From contig JAYRIP010000003.1 in the NCBI GenBank assembly GCA_041906765.1, positions 94,760-158,759 of the forward strand: 64,000 bases of DNA. Direction: 5' to 3'. The translations under genes were made by a program, and so were the position numbers. Under the pieces are notes generated by a model, which worked only from the letters and a program-made list of their open reading frames with translations, was not told the DNA's origin and searched no databases. Positions 47,296 to 56,358 of this stretch are shown in pieces. The number at the start of each line of letters is the position of its first letter. The first letter of the stretch is position 1. Origin of the DNA: Candidatus Saccharimonadales bacterium (GTDB lineage: Bacteria > Patescibacteriota > Saccharimonadia > Saccharimonadales > JAYRRP01).

Positions 47296-48030
47296 ATGAT
47301 TATGCCTGCTATAGAGACGTTCGGAGTTATTGGATGCGGAGAGTTTGGTAGGATAGCTGCAACTCATTTAGCTCCTCCAGAATCTGAAGTCCAAATATTC
47401 GATTCAAACCCTGAAGTAGATATACCATCAGCAGCTCGAAGAGTAGGATTTGAAGCCGTATCTCGTGCGGATGTAATTATGCTTGCTGTCCCTTTTGATT
47501 CATATGATATTGTGCTGCCTAGATTAACTGATTGTGTCAGACCAAATTCACTAATTGTTGATGTATGTTCTGTGAAAATTCTCCCCGAAGAAACTTTTGC
47601 GAGCTACCAGCTATTGGAGCGTGAAAACACACTCATGACCCATCCATTATTTGGCTCACAATCTATTGATGATAACTCGGTTGATAAACACATCGTTATT
47701 ACTCAGCAATCAGGAAATCTGACCACTGAACTCTTAGACATTTGGCAGAGTAGAGGCATAACTACTACCGTTATGACAGCTGAACAACATGACCGTGAAA
47801 TGGCTAAAGTTCATGCCCTAACTTTCTTCATTGGGAGAGCTTTACTCGAAATGGGCGTGGAATCGTCTGCTACAAATACACCATACTTTAACGAACTACT
47901 AGATCTTATTGAAGTTGAAAAGCATCATAGTTTGGAATTATTTAATACCATACAGCGTCACAACCCATTTGCAGCAGATATGCGACAAGAATTCATGAAT
48001 AAGTTACATGGTTTAGACGACCGAATATAA
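47296..48030 (+). CDS. Prephenate/arogenate dehydrogenase (TyrA) family protein
   Basis: 244 aa. Rossmann motif VIGCGEFGRIA, plus ADVIMLAVPF, DVCSVK, HPLFGSQS and EQHDREMAKVHALTFF. Confidence 0.7.
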   Translation: MIMPAIETFGVIGCGEFGRIAATHLAPPESEVQIFDSNPEVDIPSAARRVGFEAVSRADVIMLAVPFDSYDIVLPRLTDCVRPNSLIVDVCSVKILPEETFASYQLLERENTLMTHPLFGSQSIDDNSVDKHIVITQQSGNLTTELLDIWQSRGITTTVMTAEQHDREMAKVHALTFFIGRALLEMGVESSATNTPYFNELLDLIEVEKHHSLELFNTIQRHNPFAADMRQEFMNKLHGLDDRI

Positions 48031-48168
48031 AAAATTTTGAATAAGCAGGATAAATAATTACATTCTGGATTAAAATAGTTGCTAAGTGGTACAGTATGTG
48101 GCACTATATCTTATATTTGCATATATGCTTTTTACTTTTAGATAATAGAAGCTCACAAGGGGAGAATC

Positions 48169-48600
48169 ATGGAGGCAGAAGAAGCTGGTCGTCTTTCGCA
48201 GAATACAGCTGAAAGAATGCGGATTATCGCTGAATCTGCTCGTGAAATTGCCCAACGAGCGGTTGAAGCAGAATCACAGAAACGGGAAGAAGCAATAACT
48301 GCCACTGTTCACGCGCAAAGAGAAATAGTTGATGCAGCAATAACTAAAACTGCTGAAATGGGCAGGAATTCTGTAAACCATAAGTACTCAGAAAGAATCT
48401 CGGCGTCCCGAAATTCACGTGAGGAAATAGCAGCTATTGAAGATTTTGCCAATATTGTCACTGAAAGGTTACAGGCGGGGTTGCAAAAAGACGGATTTGA
48501 TGTCCATACTCGAAGTGAAGAAGTTATTGATTTTCGTGAGAGTGAGAGTTTTAACAGCCCTCCCGAGTATTATGATACGACTATCACTATTCAGTGGTAA
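48169..48600 (+). CDS. Hypothetical Glu-rich protein
   Basis: 143-aa ORF preceded by GGGGAG 5 nt upstream. No domain recognised. Confidence 0.5.
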   Translation: MEAEEAGRLSQNTAERMRIIAESAREIAQRAVEAESQKREEAITATVHAQREIVDAAITKTAEMGRNSVNHKYSERISASRNSREEIAAIEDFANIVTERLQAGLQKDGFDVHTRSEEVIDFRESESFNSPPEYYDTTITIQW

Positions 48601-48670
48601 TCATTATCATTGTTTATACTTGCTCAAAACAGCGTAACCACGAATATTAATCGGTTAATAACAGATACAT

Positions 48671-50125
48671 ATGAGTGAGACTCCGGCATACCCAGAAGGT
48701 TTAAATCACATACAGCTTGAAGCAGCAGTTTGTAATAATGATTTCGCGCAAGAAGCGCTTAAGTACTATTACGAATCTGTAAAAGCCCATGAAGAAGGTG
48801 AAGATTTTGGTGAGTTTAGGCAAGGAGAAAAGCCGAAAGACATCGAAGTAGCAATGACTCAATTAGGTCTGGTCTTAGATAAACCGGCTGTAGGAGCACA
48901 CTTTGCAACGCATCTACCACTTAGCAGACAGATGGACGTATATTTTGATGCTATCATGTCCCCTAATCAAGCAGGTGAAGCAGTTCTGTCCCAGTTAGGA
49001 AACATCAAATCAAAACTTGAACAATACCCCGGTGCCTACTGTAAGTTTTTGATCCGTGAAATTGCTGATTTGCACCAGACTGATACCGTTGATATTGATA
49101 AAAACACGAGAGACGTCTTAACTCTAGTAAGTGATAAGGTACTATTTCCAGACCCAGATAATTCTGAGCTCGATAGGTTGATTAACTACATTAATTATTA
49201 CGATGACTATAGTTATGATGACTATATGAACGTAAACTTGTCAAGCAGCAAGAACGAATTAAAAACAGCACTTAATAATGGCTTAATGAAAGCTGATCGA
49301 CCTGATCTTTTGGTGGCCACGACCACGCAAAATTTAGAGCAAGTACAAGAAACTGCCACCCAATTCCAGTTGGTTGGCAAGAGTGAGCACGATCAACTTA
49401 ATTGGCGAGAAAAGCATCGCTTGCGTAAAGTTGCTCAGTCAGTGTTAAATATCACACGGTACTCTGTTCATTATTGGGAATCCAGCGAGGGCCGAAGCAT
49501 GGAGGAAGAGTTCCTTATCGTAAAACCTACTTCTAAAATATTAACTGCAGTGCTTGCCTTAGCACTTGTTGACGATCAAAAGAAATTACAATCCGACCAC
49601 TTTAATCATTGGCAAGTAACACCACGGGGGTTTGCTCAAAAATCTGCCAGATCATTTATTGAATCACGACCAAAGTTCATCACAGAGGCTTATAAGCGCA
49701 ACTTTCCCGAAGAAGCCTTGAAAGGAGGAGCTGATCTTGAGGATGTATTGGCGCTCCAATCCCTCCCTACTTCACTCCAACAAACCTCTGCGGAAGAGTT
49801 TTATACGAGATTGGTAGAAGACGAGAAAAAACCACCAACCGATAAATTGCTGGCAGCTGTTAGTATGGCAAAATTTTTTAATGATGAGATGTCGGGTACG
49901 AAACAACAAGCCTACTGCATGACATTGTTAGACATGCTTCAGTCAGAGACTAGCAGGATTAATGAGCTAGATGGACTCGTGGCAAAATCACAACGTCACC
50001 AAGAGCTAAGCAAAGAACTAAACTCTATTATCAAACAAATTAACCAAATAGGAAAAGCCGATCCTCGCGACGCATTGTTAAAAAGAGTTGAGATAATAAA
50101 GGATCAGCTTGCATCGGGGTATTAG
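48671..50125 (+). CDS. Hypothetical protein (484 aa)
   Basis: Long uninterrupted ORF whose stop lies 2 nt before the MazG-like gene. No domain recognised. Confidence 0.65.
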   Translation: MSETPAYPEGLNHIQLEAAVCNNDFAQEALKYYYESVKAHEEGEDFGEFRQGEKPKDIEVAMTQLGLVLDKPAVGAHFATHLPLSRQMDVYFDAIMSPNQAGEAVLSQLGNIKSKLEQYPGAYCKFLIREIADLHQTDTVDIDKNTRDVLTLVSDKVLFPDPDNSELDRLINYINYYDDYSYDDYMNVNLSSSKNELKTALNNGLMKADRPDLLVATTTQNLEQVQETATQFQLVGKSEHDQLNWREKHRLRKVAQSVLNITRYSVHYWESSEGRSMEEEFLIVKPTSKILTAVLALALVDDQKKLQSDHFNHWQVTPRGFAQKSARSFIESRPKFITEAYKRNFPEEALKGGADLEDVLALQSLPTSLQQTSAEEFYTRLVEDEKKPPTDKLLAAVSMAKFFNDEMSGTKQQAYCMTLLDMLQSETSRINELDGLVAKSQRHQELSKELNSIIKQINQIGKADPRDALLKRVEIIKDQLASGY

Positions 50126-50127
50126 AA

Positions 50128-50433
50128 ATGAATAACCTAACCATTAATCAGTACCAAGACCTTATAAAACAGTTAGTTATTGAGCGTGGTTTTGATAAAG
50201 AAACGGTGCCTGAAGTCTTTACTTTATTAGTAGAAGAAATCGGCGAATTGGCTAAGGCTATACGGAAGCAGAATGGACAAAAGGTTGACAAGAAATCAAA
50301 ACATCATGAAGTAGAAGAGGAAGCTGCTGACGTTTTTTGGTTATTGCTCGACTTATGCAATAGACTGGAGATTGATCTTGGCAAGGCCTTTCGTGACAAA
50401 GAAATCAAGAATACAAAGCGAAAGTGGGAGTAG
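50128..50433 (+). CDS. MazG-like nucleotide pyrophosphohydrolase (small, all-alpha type)
   Basis: 101 aa. EEIGELAKAIRK ... EEEAADVFWLLLDLCNRLEIDL matches the paired EExxE/D metal-binding helices. Confidence 0.75.
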   Translation: MNNLTINQYQDLIKQLVIERGFDKETVPEVFTLLVEEIGELAKAIRKQNGQKVDKKSKHHEVEEEAADVFWLLLDLCNRLEIDLGKAFRDKEIKNTKRKWE

Positions 50434-50531
50434 ATAAAGCTCTACTCTACGATCTGTTTATCAAAGCAACAGGATCTAATGTATCTCTTGTCTCCTATCC
50501 GCTATAGTATGTGATAAACTTGCTGTGATAC

Positions 50532-50547
50532 GCCGTCGTAGCTCAGC
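50532..50547 (+). other. Orphan 16-nt tRNA 5' fragment
   Basis: GCCGTCGTAGCTCAGC matches the first 16 nt of tRNA-Thr(TGT) at 43318 (GCCGACGTAGCTCAGC) at 15 of 16 positions. No remainder of a tRNA follows. Confidence 0.5.
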
Positions 50548-50561
50548 AATGAACAATCATT

Positions 50562-51161
50562 ATGATTTCTAAAGAAGCTCTAAATCATTTATATACTGAA
50601 GAAAAATTATCAGTTGCGAAGGTTGCCAATGAATTAAACGTTTCTGAAGGTGCCGTTAATTGGTGGATAAATAAACACGGGATTATAAAAAGAAACAAAG
50701 TCGATGCGGCATATGTGCAGCACAATAAAAGTTTTCACATTAGTACAATAAACAGTCTAGAAGATATGTTTTTGATGGGTTTAGGCCTAGGGCTATATTG
50801 GGGCGAAGGAAATAAGACTAGTCCCTATAGTCTTAGATTAGGCAATACTGATCCTATAATGATAAAAATTTTCGTCAAGTTTCTAATAAACATTTGTGGC
50901 GTTAACTCCAATGAAATAAAATATGGTTTGCAGATATTTAATGACGCAAGTCCTAAAACTTGCTTACAGTATTGGATGAAGGAGTTAAATTGCGAGAGAA
51001 CAAAGTTTCACAACATTATATCTGTAATACCTCCGCAAGGTAAGGGCACTTACAAGCGAAAAAACAAAAAAGGAGTTCTTCAGATATATGTAAACAACAA
51101 ACGTCTTAAAAACTGGATATCCACAGAAATTAATAATTGTGCCGACATAGCTCAGTGGTAG
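50562..51161 (+). CDS. HTH plus LAGLIDADG-like putative homing endonuclease; the ORF runs 21 nt into tRNA-Thr(GGT)
   Basis: 199 aa. N-terminal HTH LSVAKVANELNVSEGAVNWWINKHGI, then a single LAGLIDADG-like motif FLMGLGLGLYWGEGNK followed by LRLGNTDPIMIKIFVKFL. The sequence is visibly more AT-rich than its neighbours. Confidence 0.5.
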   Translation: MISKEALNHLYTEEKLSVAKVANELNVSEGAVNWWINKHGIIKRNKVDAAYVQHNKSFHISTINSLEDMFLMGLGLGLYWGEGNKTSPYSLRLGNTDPIMIKIFVKFLINICGVNSNEIKYGLQIFNDASPKTCLQYWMKELNCERTKFHNIISVIPPQGKGTYKRKNKKGVLQIYVNNKRLKNWISTEINNCADIAQW

Positions 51162-51215
51162 AGCACCATCATGGTAAGATGGGGGTCTCGGGTTCAAGTC
51201 CCGATGTCGGCTCCA
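51141..51215 (+). tRNA. tRNA-Thr(GGT), encoded CCA
   Basis: Hand fold: acceptor GCCGACA/TGTCGGC; anticodon stem CCATC/GATGG with loop ATGGTAA; T arm TCGGG-TTCAAGT-CCCGA. Confidence 0.9.
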
Positions 51216-51238
51216 TTTTTACATAAGAGTTAAATATT

Positions 51239-51763
51239 ATGAAATTCGAAGCTTCCACTCATGCACTTGCTTATTTGGGCGATGAAGAACACTTTCCTGA
51301 TGATTTAGACATATTGGGCGAAGCATTAGAGTTCATAACAGATGCTGGGTGCGAAATTACTGTGCCGCGTATTTGGATACAAGAAGACATCATAAGTGTG
51401 TATGGACTGCGTGAAGTAGCCTTTCCTGGGATTAGTATTGATAGATTAAATCATGAATCTACCACTGATTTGGCGCACTTAGTGCTAGATAGGTGGAAAT
51501 TGCCAGATCAAATGCTAGCCTCACACGAAATTAACATACGTTCGGGCTTCATAGATTTAGAGCTTGACTTACTACAGAACGAAAGCCTACCAAAAGAAGT
51601 GCCTGAGTGCATGCATGGTGGCATAGCGGATGCCTTGAGTACCACCTACGGAGCGGTTGCGTTATTTCAAGGAGCACCACTCGTTGTAAGAGATGCTTCA
51701 GCTATCTATAACGAAATAATGATCCCTGCTGCTCGCAACAAAGATCAATATAGAAGTAATTAG
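51239..51763 (+). CDS. Hypothetical acidic protein
   Basis: 174-aa ORF between tRNA-Thr(GGT) and rpmG. No domain recognised. Confidence 0.5.
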   Translation: MKFEASTHALAYLGDEEHFPDDLDILGEALEFITDAGCEITVPRIWIQEDIISVYGLREVAFPGISIDRLNHESTTDLAHLVLDRWKLPDQMLASHEINIRSGFIDLELDLLQNESLPKEVPECMHGGIADALSTTYGAVALFQGAPLVVRDASAIYNEIMIPAARNKDQYRSN

Positions 51764-51800
51764 GTTTGTAAAAAGCTTATAATCTGTTAAGATAAACTTT

Positions 51801-52004
51801 ATGGCCAAGAAAACTGATAAGCGCAAAATTATAGGCTTGGTGTGCGAAGAGAGCGGACACCGGCATTACTACACGACCAAAAATACCATGAACACCCCAG
51901 ATAAATTGCGTCTGCGCAAGTACAATCCATTACTCCGAAAATACACGTGGTATAGCGAGACCAAGAAAAGTTTGGGACGCAACGAAGTAAAAGGCCGCAG
52001 GTAA
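51801..52004 (+). CDS. rpmG: 50S ribosomal protein L33 (zinc ribbon largely lost, C-terminal extension)
   Basis: 67 aa. KIIGLVCEESGHRHYYTTKNTMNTPDKLRLRKYNPLLRKYTWYSETK aligns to the L33 pattern, with only one of the four Cys retained. Confidence 0.88.
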   Translation: MAKKTDKRKIIGLVCEESGHRHYYTTKNTMNTPDKLRLRKYNPLLRKYTWYSETKKSLGRNEVKGRR

Positions 52005-52019
52005 ACCTTTCCTTTTACG

Positions 52020-53960
52020 TTACGACTTCACTAAACTAGCTAAATCAAGTGCGGTATTAAGAAACTCGGCGTGGCTCCAGACAAGGGGTGTGACAGAAAT
52101 TGGCCGACCATCACTTGGATTCACTTGCTCAGACAACACTCCACTTGACAGGGTATGCTGTGCCACCCACTCCATGTAGTGACGTGCTTTTTTAGTTTGG
52201 TTGGTACGAATGAAATATTGTGCCAGCCATAAAGTAGCCACAAACCACGGATTACCTTTGTAAGCTGGATCAGACGCAAAATATTTGTCGTTGTCATATC
52301 TAGGTAAACCGCCAGCAGGCGACTGGTCAAGCAAGAGTTTCTCGATTTGTCCCGCACATTGCCGCAAATATTCTGGTTTTGAGTAGTAACCAAACATCAA
52401 CGGCCCATAGAGACTGGAGATATCGAGTGTAGTATCTACTGTGCGACTGCCATCAGGTTGCAGCAAAAATCCTTTTATAAAACTGCCTTTGTGTTCATCA
52501 AAGAAAATATCTGCCTGGCTTTTAATAGCCGATGCGGCCTCCCGCCAACGCACGCCGTCATCAGGGTACTCAAATTCGTCAGAAAACTCCGCAGCCACGA
52601 GAAGCGCCTGATACACCACTGCTGTCGTATAAGTGGTAGTAGAGAACTTTTCTTCCCACAAGTCATAACTGGCATGTGGTAATTTTGTTTCGCGATCAGT
52701 AAACGTTGCCAGAAAATTAGCGGCTGGCTGCACCAATGTGGCATACATATTATGAACATAATCCCTGTCCTTGGAAAAATGATAAAACTCGCTCAACATA
52801 TAAATGACGATGGCTGTCTCATCTTCTTGTATGGCTAATTCTTTCCGTTTGCCGTGCAACAAAGGATGCCAAGTGCTGCCAATAGAACGGTCCGGCTGAT
52901 ACTTATGCATTAAGTAACCTTCGGGCGTGAGAATATCCCGACAGAATTCAAAAAACTTTTTCGGCTCTTCAGTATATCCCAGGCGAATAAGCGGCCAGAT
53001 TACAAAGGCTCCATCGCGTGGCCATACATAGCTATAATAATCGCGACCAAAATTGTATATAGACGAATCACACGATGCAATAATGCCGCCACGCTTATCA
53101 GTATGCGCCTTGATAAGCATCAAGGATTTTTTTGCCAGATCAAGATATTCCTTATCAACCGTGTGAAGACCATTGGAGCCGATAGCCAACCAATCTTTCC
53201 AGTATTTTCGGGTTTTCATAAGCCGCAGCACAAGTTTTTCGCGCAGGATACGTTCGTGAATCTTCTCGGCTGAATATTGTGAGTCGGCAGCGATAATCCA
53301 GTAATCTACTGTCGTTTTTTCATTTGCCGCCAAAGAGCACACAAAACGCATAACGGAATCTACGCCACCATGTTCGACAGCACTGCCAGACAATTCGCCA
53401 TCTTCAGCGTCGCGATAAGTGCCTTCTTTGCCTTCAATGCCATAATTGCCAATAGCGAATTGGTCGTACACTGTACCGTCCTCATGCTGACCGTAAATCA
53501 ATAAACTACACCGGCCTTTATAATCGAGAATATAATTTTCTTCTGGCACGAACAAAGCAGTGTCGGCCCGCCCAGCTCGTGAGATTTGAAAAACCTGGTG
53601 CAAAAATAACCTAACCTCACGATGAGACGAATAAGTATTTTTAACCGTAATACGTCGGCCAAAAAGATTATGGTCACTATCAACAAAATCCTGGAAATCG
53701 AGCTGTATGCCTAATTGATCGTGGCACATAGTGATATTACTAACCAGAGCATCCGTTTCAAACGTCACATTTGTTTGCCAGCCTTCACCATCAACCCAGC
53801 TAAACGTGCCCTCGACCCATACGCCAATCTTATGGTGCATGCTGCGAGCGGTGGTTAAATTATCCAGTCCAACATAGGGATAATAAAAATCATGCACCAG
53901 TCCATGCTCATTCAGCCCGACGGTAAGGCTGCCGTTTCCAAGCATCACCGGCCGTCCCAT
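52020..53960 (-). CDS. Glycoside hydrolase family 15 (glucoamylase-like)
   Basis: 646 aa. N-terminal beta-sandwich plus (alpha/alpha)6 region with YSYVWPRDGAF, and the acidic segment WEEKFSTTTYT. Confidence 0.85.
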   Translation of the reverse strand: MGRPVMLGNGSLTVGLNEHGLVHDFYYPYVGLDNLTTARSMHHKIGVWVEGTFSWVDGEGWQTNVTFETDALVSNITMCHDQLGIQLDFQDFVDSDHNLFGRRITVKNTYSSHREVRLFLHQVFQISRAGRADTALFVPEENYILDYKGRCSLLIYGQHEDGTVYDQFAIGNYGIEGKEGTYRDAEDGELSGSAVEHGGVDSVMRFVCSLAANEKTTVDYWIIAADSQYSAEKIHERILREKLVLRLMKTRKYWKDWLAIGSNGLHTVDKEYLDLAKKSLMLIKAHTDKRGGIIASCDSSIYNFGRDYYSYVWPRDGAFVIWPLIRLGYTEEPKKFFEFCRDILTPEGYLMHKYQPDRSIGSTWHPLLHGKRKELAIQEDETAIVIYMLSEFYHFSKDRDYVHNMYATLVQPAANFLATFTDRETKLPHASYDLWEEKFSTTTYTTAVVYQALLVAAEFSDEFEYPDDGVRWREAASAIKSQADIFFDEHKGSFIKGFLLQPDGSRTVDTTLDISSLYGPLMFGYYSKPEYLRQCAGQIEKLLLDQSPAGGLPRYDNDKYFASDPAYKGNPWFVATLWLAQYFIRTNQTKKARHYMEWVAQHTLSSGVLSEQVNPSDGRPISVTPLVWSHAEFLNTALDLASLVKS

Positions 53961-55168
53961 TATGCCACCCCCTCAATTTGACTTAGTCTTGCTCTCACAT
54001 CATGCCACACATTCATATAGGAGATAAAAGCATCGTATGGGGAAGTGTACGGGCTAAAGTAGGCATGAATATCGCCATCGTTGAACCATTTTGTACACAT
54101 GTAGTAAAAATGGTCTGACGTCTGCAGGCGACGCCAGTCACGTATTAAGTCTTCGTTCTGGCTTGCTAAAACCTGTGGGGCTAGCTCATAAAGAGCATGG
54201 ATAGCTTGCTGTTGCATGTTATTACCCAGCCAGGCAGATAAATCACGTTCAGTATCTGCCCAAGTGATGGTTTGCGGAACATCTACAGTGTCAACCGGTT
54301 CAAAATTATCAGCCGCTTCACCTACTGTCATAAAAGTATGGTCCGTATGTGTCAACCAACGAGCCGGTAGTTCTTCAAGGAAATCAAAAATGCCTGTATC
54401 TGCCCATTGGTGCTCGCCAAACGTTTCATAATCCATAAACAGGTTAAAATTGGTAGCCTGTTGGTCCCGACCAAGCCAATCAACAAATTTCTCGGCTGTA
54501 AGTGGCCACTGTTGCCAGTTCTTATCACCGAATCGGAAAGCAATGTCATCGCTTAACCGGTAGTTCTTCATCAATAATTTAATTTGCTGCGCATAAGCAG
54601 AGCGATATACATAGTTGGCATTACGCCATCCCAACACCTTGTCCCAGCCTTCGGCCAACACCGCTTTATAACCTTGTTGGTCCGCCCAATAAGCTAAATC
54701 GTTGTTATAAGCCAGCTCGGTGTTACGAAATACTTTGGGGGTTTGGTTGAATTCCCGTTCCACCATTTCACAATGCATCGCTACCTGCCGCTCAAATTCG
54801 GGACGTGAATAGAAGAACGCTAAACTGTGGTGGTATGTTTCGGCCACAATTTCAACTTTGCCACTAGTAGTAAGATCCTTGAACGAATCCAATGCTTCTG
54901 GCGCCCATTCGGCCATTTGCTCAACTGCAGTGCCGGTAATTGATAAGCTCACTTTAAAATCAGGATGCGCAGCAAGCAGTTTTTTGAGACGAGCATTCGT
55001 GGGTATGTATGATTTTTCGACTACCTTACGCATAACTGCACCGTTATTGGTAAGTTTCTCGCCCGCCTCGCTAAAATAATCATGATTGATGCCAGCGTCA
55101 AATAAACTATAGTCACGCACCCTGTACGGCTGATGTACGTGCAAATACAATACAATCGCCCGCTTCAT
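53960..55168 (-). CDS. Glycoside hydrolase family 57 (alpha-amylase / glucanotransferase-like)
   Basis: 402 aa. N-terminal LYLHVHQPYR is typical of GH57. Also FMDYETFGEHQW. Confidence 0.85.
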   Translation of the reverse strand: MKRAIVLYLHVHQPYRVRDYSLFDAGINHDYFSEAGEKLTNNGAVMRKVVEKSYIPTNARLKKLLAAHPDFKVSLSITGTAVEQMAEWAPEALDSFKDLTTSGKVEIVAETYHHSLAFFYSRPEFERQVAMHCEMVEREFNQTPKVFRNTELAYNNDLAYWADQQGYKAVLAEGWDKVLGWRNANYVYRSAYAQQIKLLMKNYRLSDDIAFRFGDKNWQQWPLTAEKFVDWLGRDQQATNFNLFMDYETFGEHQWADTGIFDFLEELPARWLTHTDHTFMTVGEAADNFEPVDTVDVPQTITWADTERDLSAWLGNNMQQQAIHALYELAPQVLASQNEDLIRDWRRLQTSDHFYYMCTKWFNDGDIHAYFSPYTSPYDAFISYMNVWHDVRARLSQIEGVA

Positions 55169-56358
55169 ACCATTTGCTCCGCGACTGATTGTCGATAAAT
55201 TGAAAAGACTCGGTCAGCTGCTTGCTGCCAGTTACGGCGTTGCAATTCTTGGCTGGCGTTGGTGGTTAATTCATTCCTAAGTGCTTCACTCCGTACTGCA
55301 GCCACTATCTGATCGGCCATTTTGTGCACATCCCAGAAATCAACTCTGAGTGCATGGTGCAAAACTTCTGCTACACCAGACTGCTTACTTAGTAACACAG
55401 GAGTACCATAGCCAACCGATTCGAGCGCAGTGAGGCCAAACGGTTCGGAAACCGAGGGCAGCACAAAGAGATCAGCAATCGCAAATGCATCTCGCCAATT
55501 TTTGCCCCGCTGAAAACCGGCAAACAAGACATTTTGGCTAATGCCAAGTTCCGCCGCTTGTTCGATGAGTTCATGATATTGTTCGCCTGTCCCGACAAAT
55601 AAGAAAATCGTTTTAGGCTCATGTTCGACTACAATTGCAGCAGCCTTAAGCAAGTTCATAAGGCCTTTTTGGATAGTCAAACGCCCAACATTCGTGACAA
55701 CCTTATACCCCTGGCGTTTCATTAGCTCAAGGTACACGTACGCACTGGTAGCATCGAGTGGTTCTAGCTCGTCTGCATTAATGCTGTTGTGCACCACCTC
55801 TACCTTATCGGCAGGTATGCGGTAATCCTCTACAATCATATGTTTGGTGTGTTGGCTAACTGCAATGACTTTGTCGGCTATTGCCAGCGCGGTTTGCTCA
55901 ATCTCGCGCACAAATGGATTGCCAGGATTGCCGCCTGCGCGATCTCGTTCGATCGAATGCACATGGGCAATCAAAGGCTTGCCACTCAGTTCATGGACAC
56001 GCAAGGCAGCCCGGAATGTTAACCAGTCATGCGCATGAATAATGTCAAAGGTCCGTTGCTCTGCAAATTGCACCGCTGTCCGTTCATAAGCCTCTAAATA
56101 TGCCTGGTGGGAATGTTTCGCTTGACCAGCGAACTGTCCACTTTCATATACATTCAGAAACTGGCCTGGGGTTGATATAGGGTCAGTATCTGCAGACAGT
56201 ACCCGCATAAAAGAGATGGAATGCTGCGCACGATAGGGAAGAATAAAGTCAATGTCAACACCACTGCCTGCCAGTGATTTGCAGAGATGAAAACATGCGA
56301 CCCCTAGTCCGCCGCTGTTATGTGGGGGCAATTCCCACCCTAACATCAGTGCTTTCAT
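55165..56358 (-). CDS. Glycosyltransferase, glycogen-synthase-like (GT-B fold)
   Basis: 397 aa. N-terminal LGWELPPHNSGGLGVA and the C-terminal EPFGLTALES motif. Confidence 0.85.
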   Translation of the reverse strand: MKALMLGWELPPHNSGGLGVACFHLCKSLAGSGVDIDFILPYRAQHSISFMRVLSADTDPISTPGQFLNVYESGQFAGQAKHSHQAYLEAYERTAVQFAEQRTFDIIHAHDWLTFRAALRVHELSGKPLIAHVHSIERDRAGGNPGNPFVREIEQTALAIADKVIAVSQHTKHMIVEDYRIPADKVEVVHNSINADELEPLDATSAYVYLELMKRQGYKVVTNVGRLTIQKGLMNLLKAAAIVVEHEPKTIFLFVGTGEQYHELIEQAAELGISQNVLFAGFQRGKNWRDAFAIADLFVLPSVSEPFGLTALESVGYGTPVLLSKQSGVAEVLHHALRVDFWDVHKMADQIVAAVRSEALRNELTTNASQELQRRNWQQAADRVFSIYRQSVAEQMV

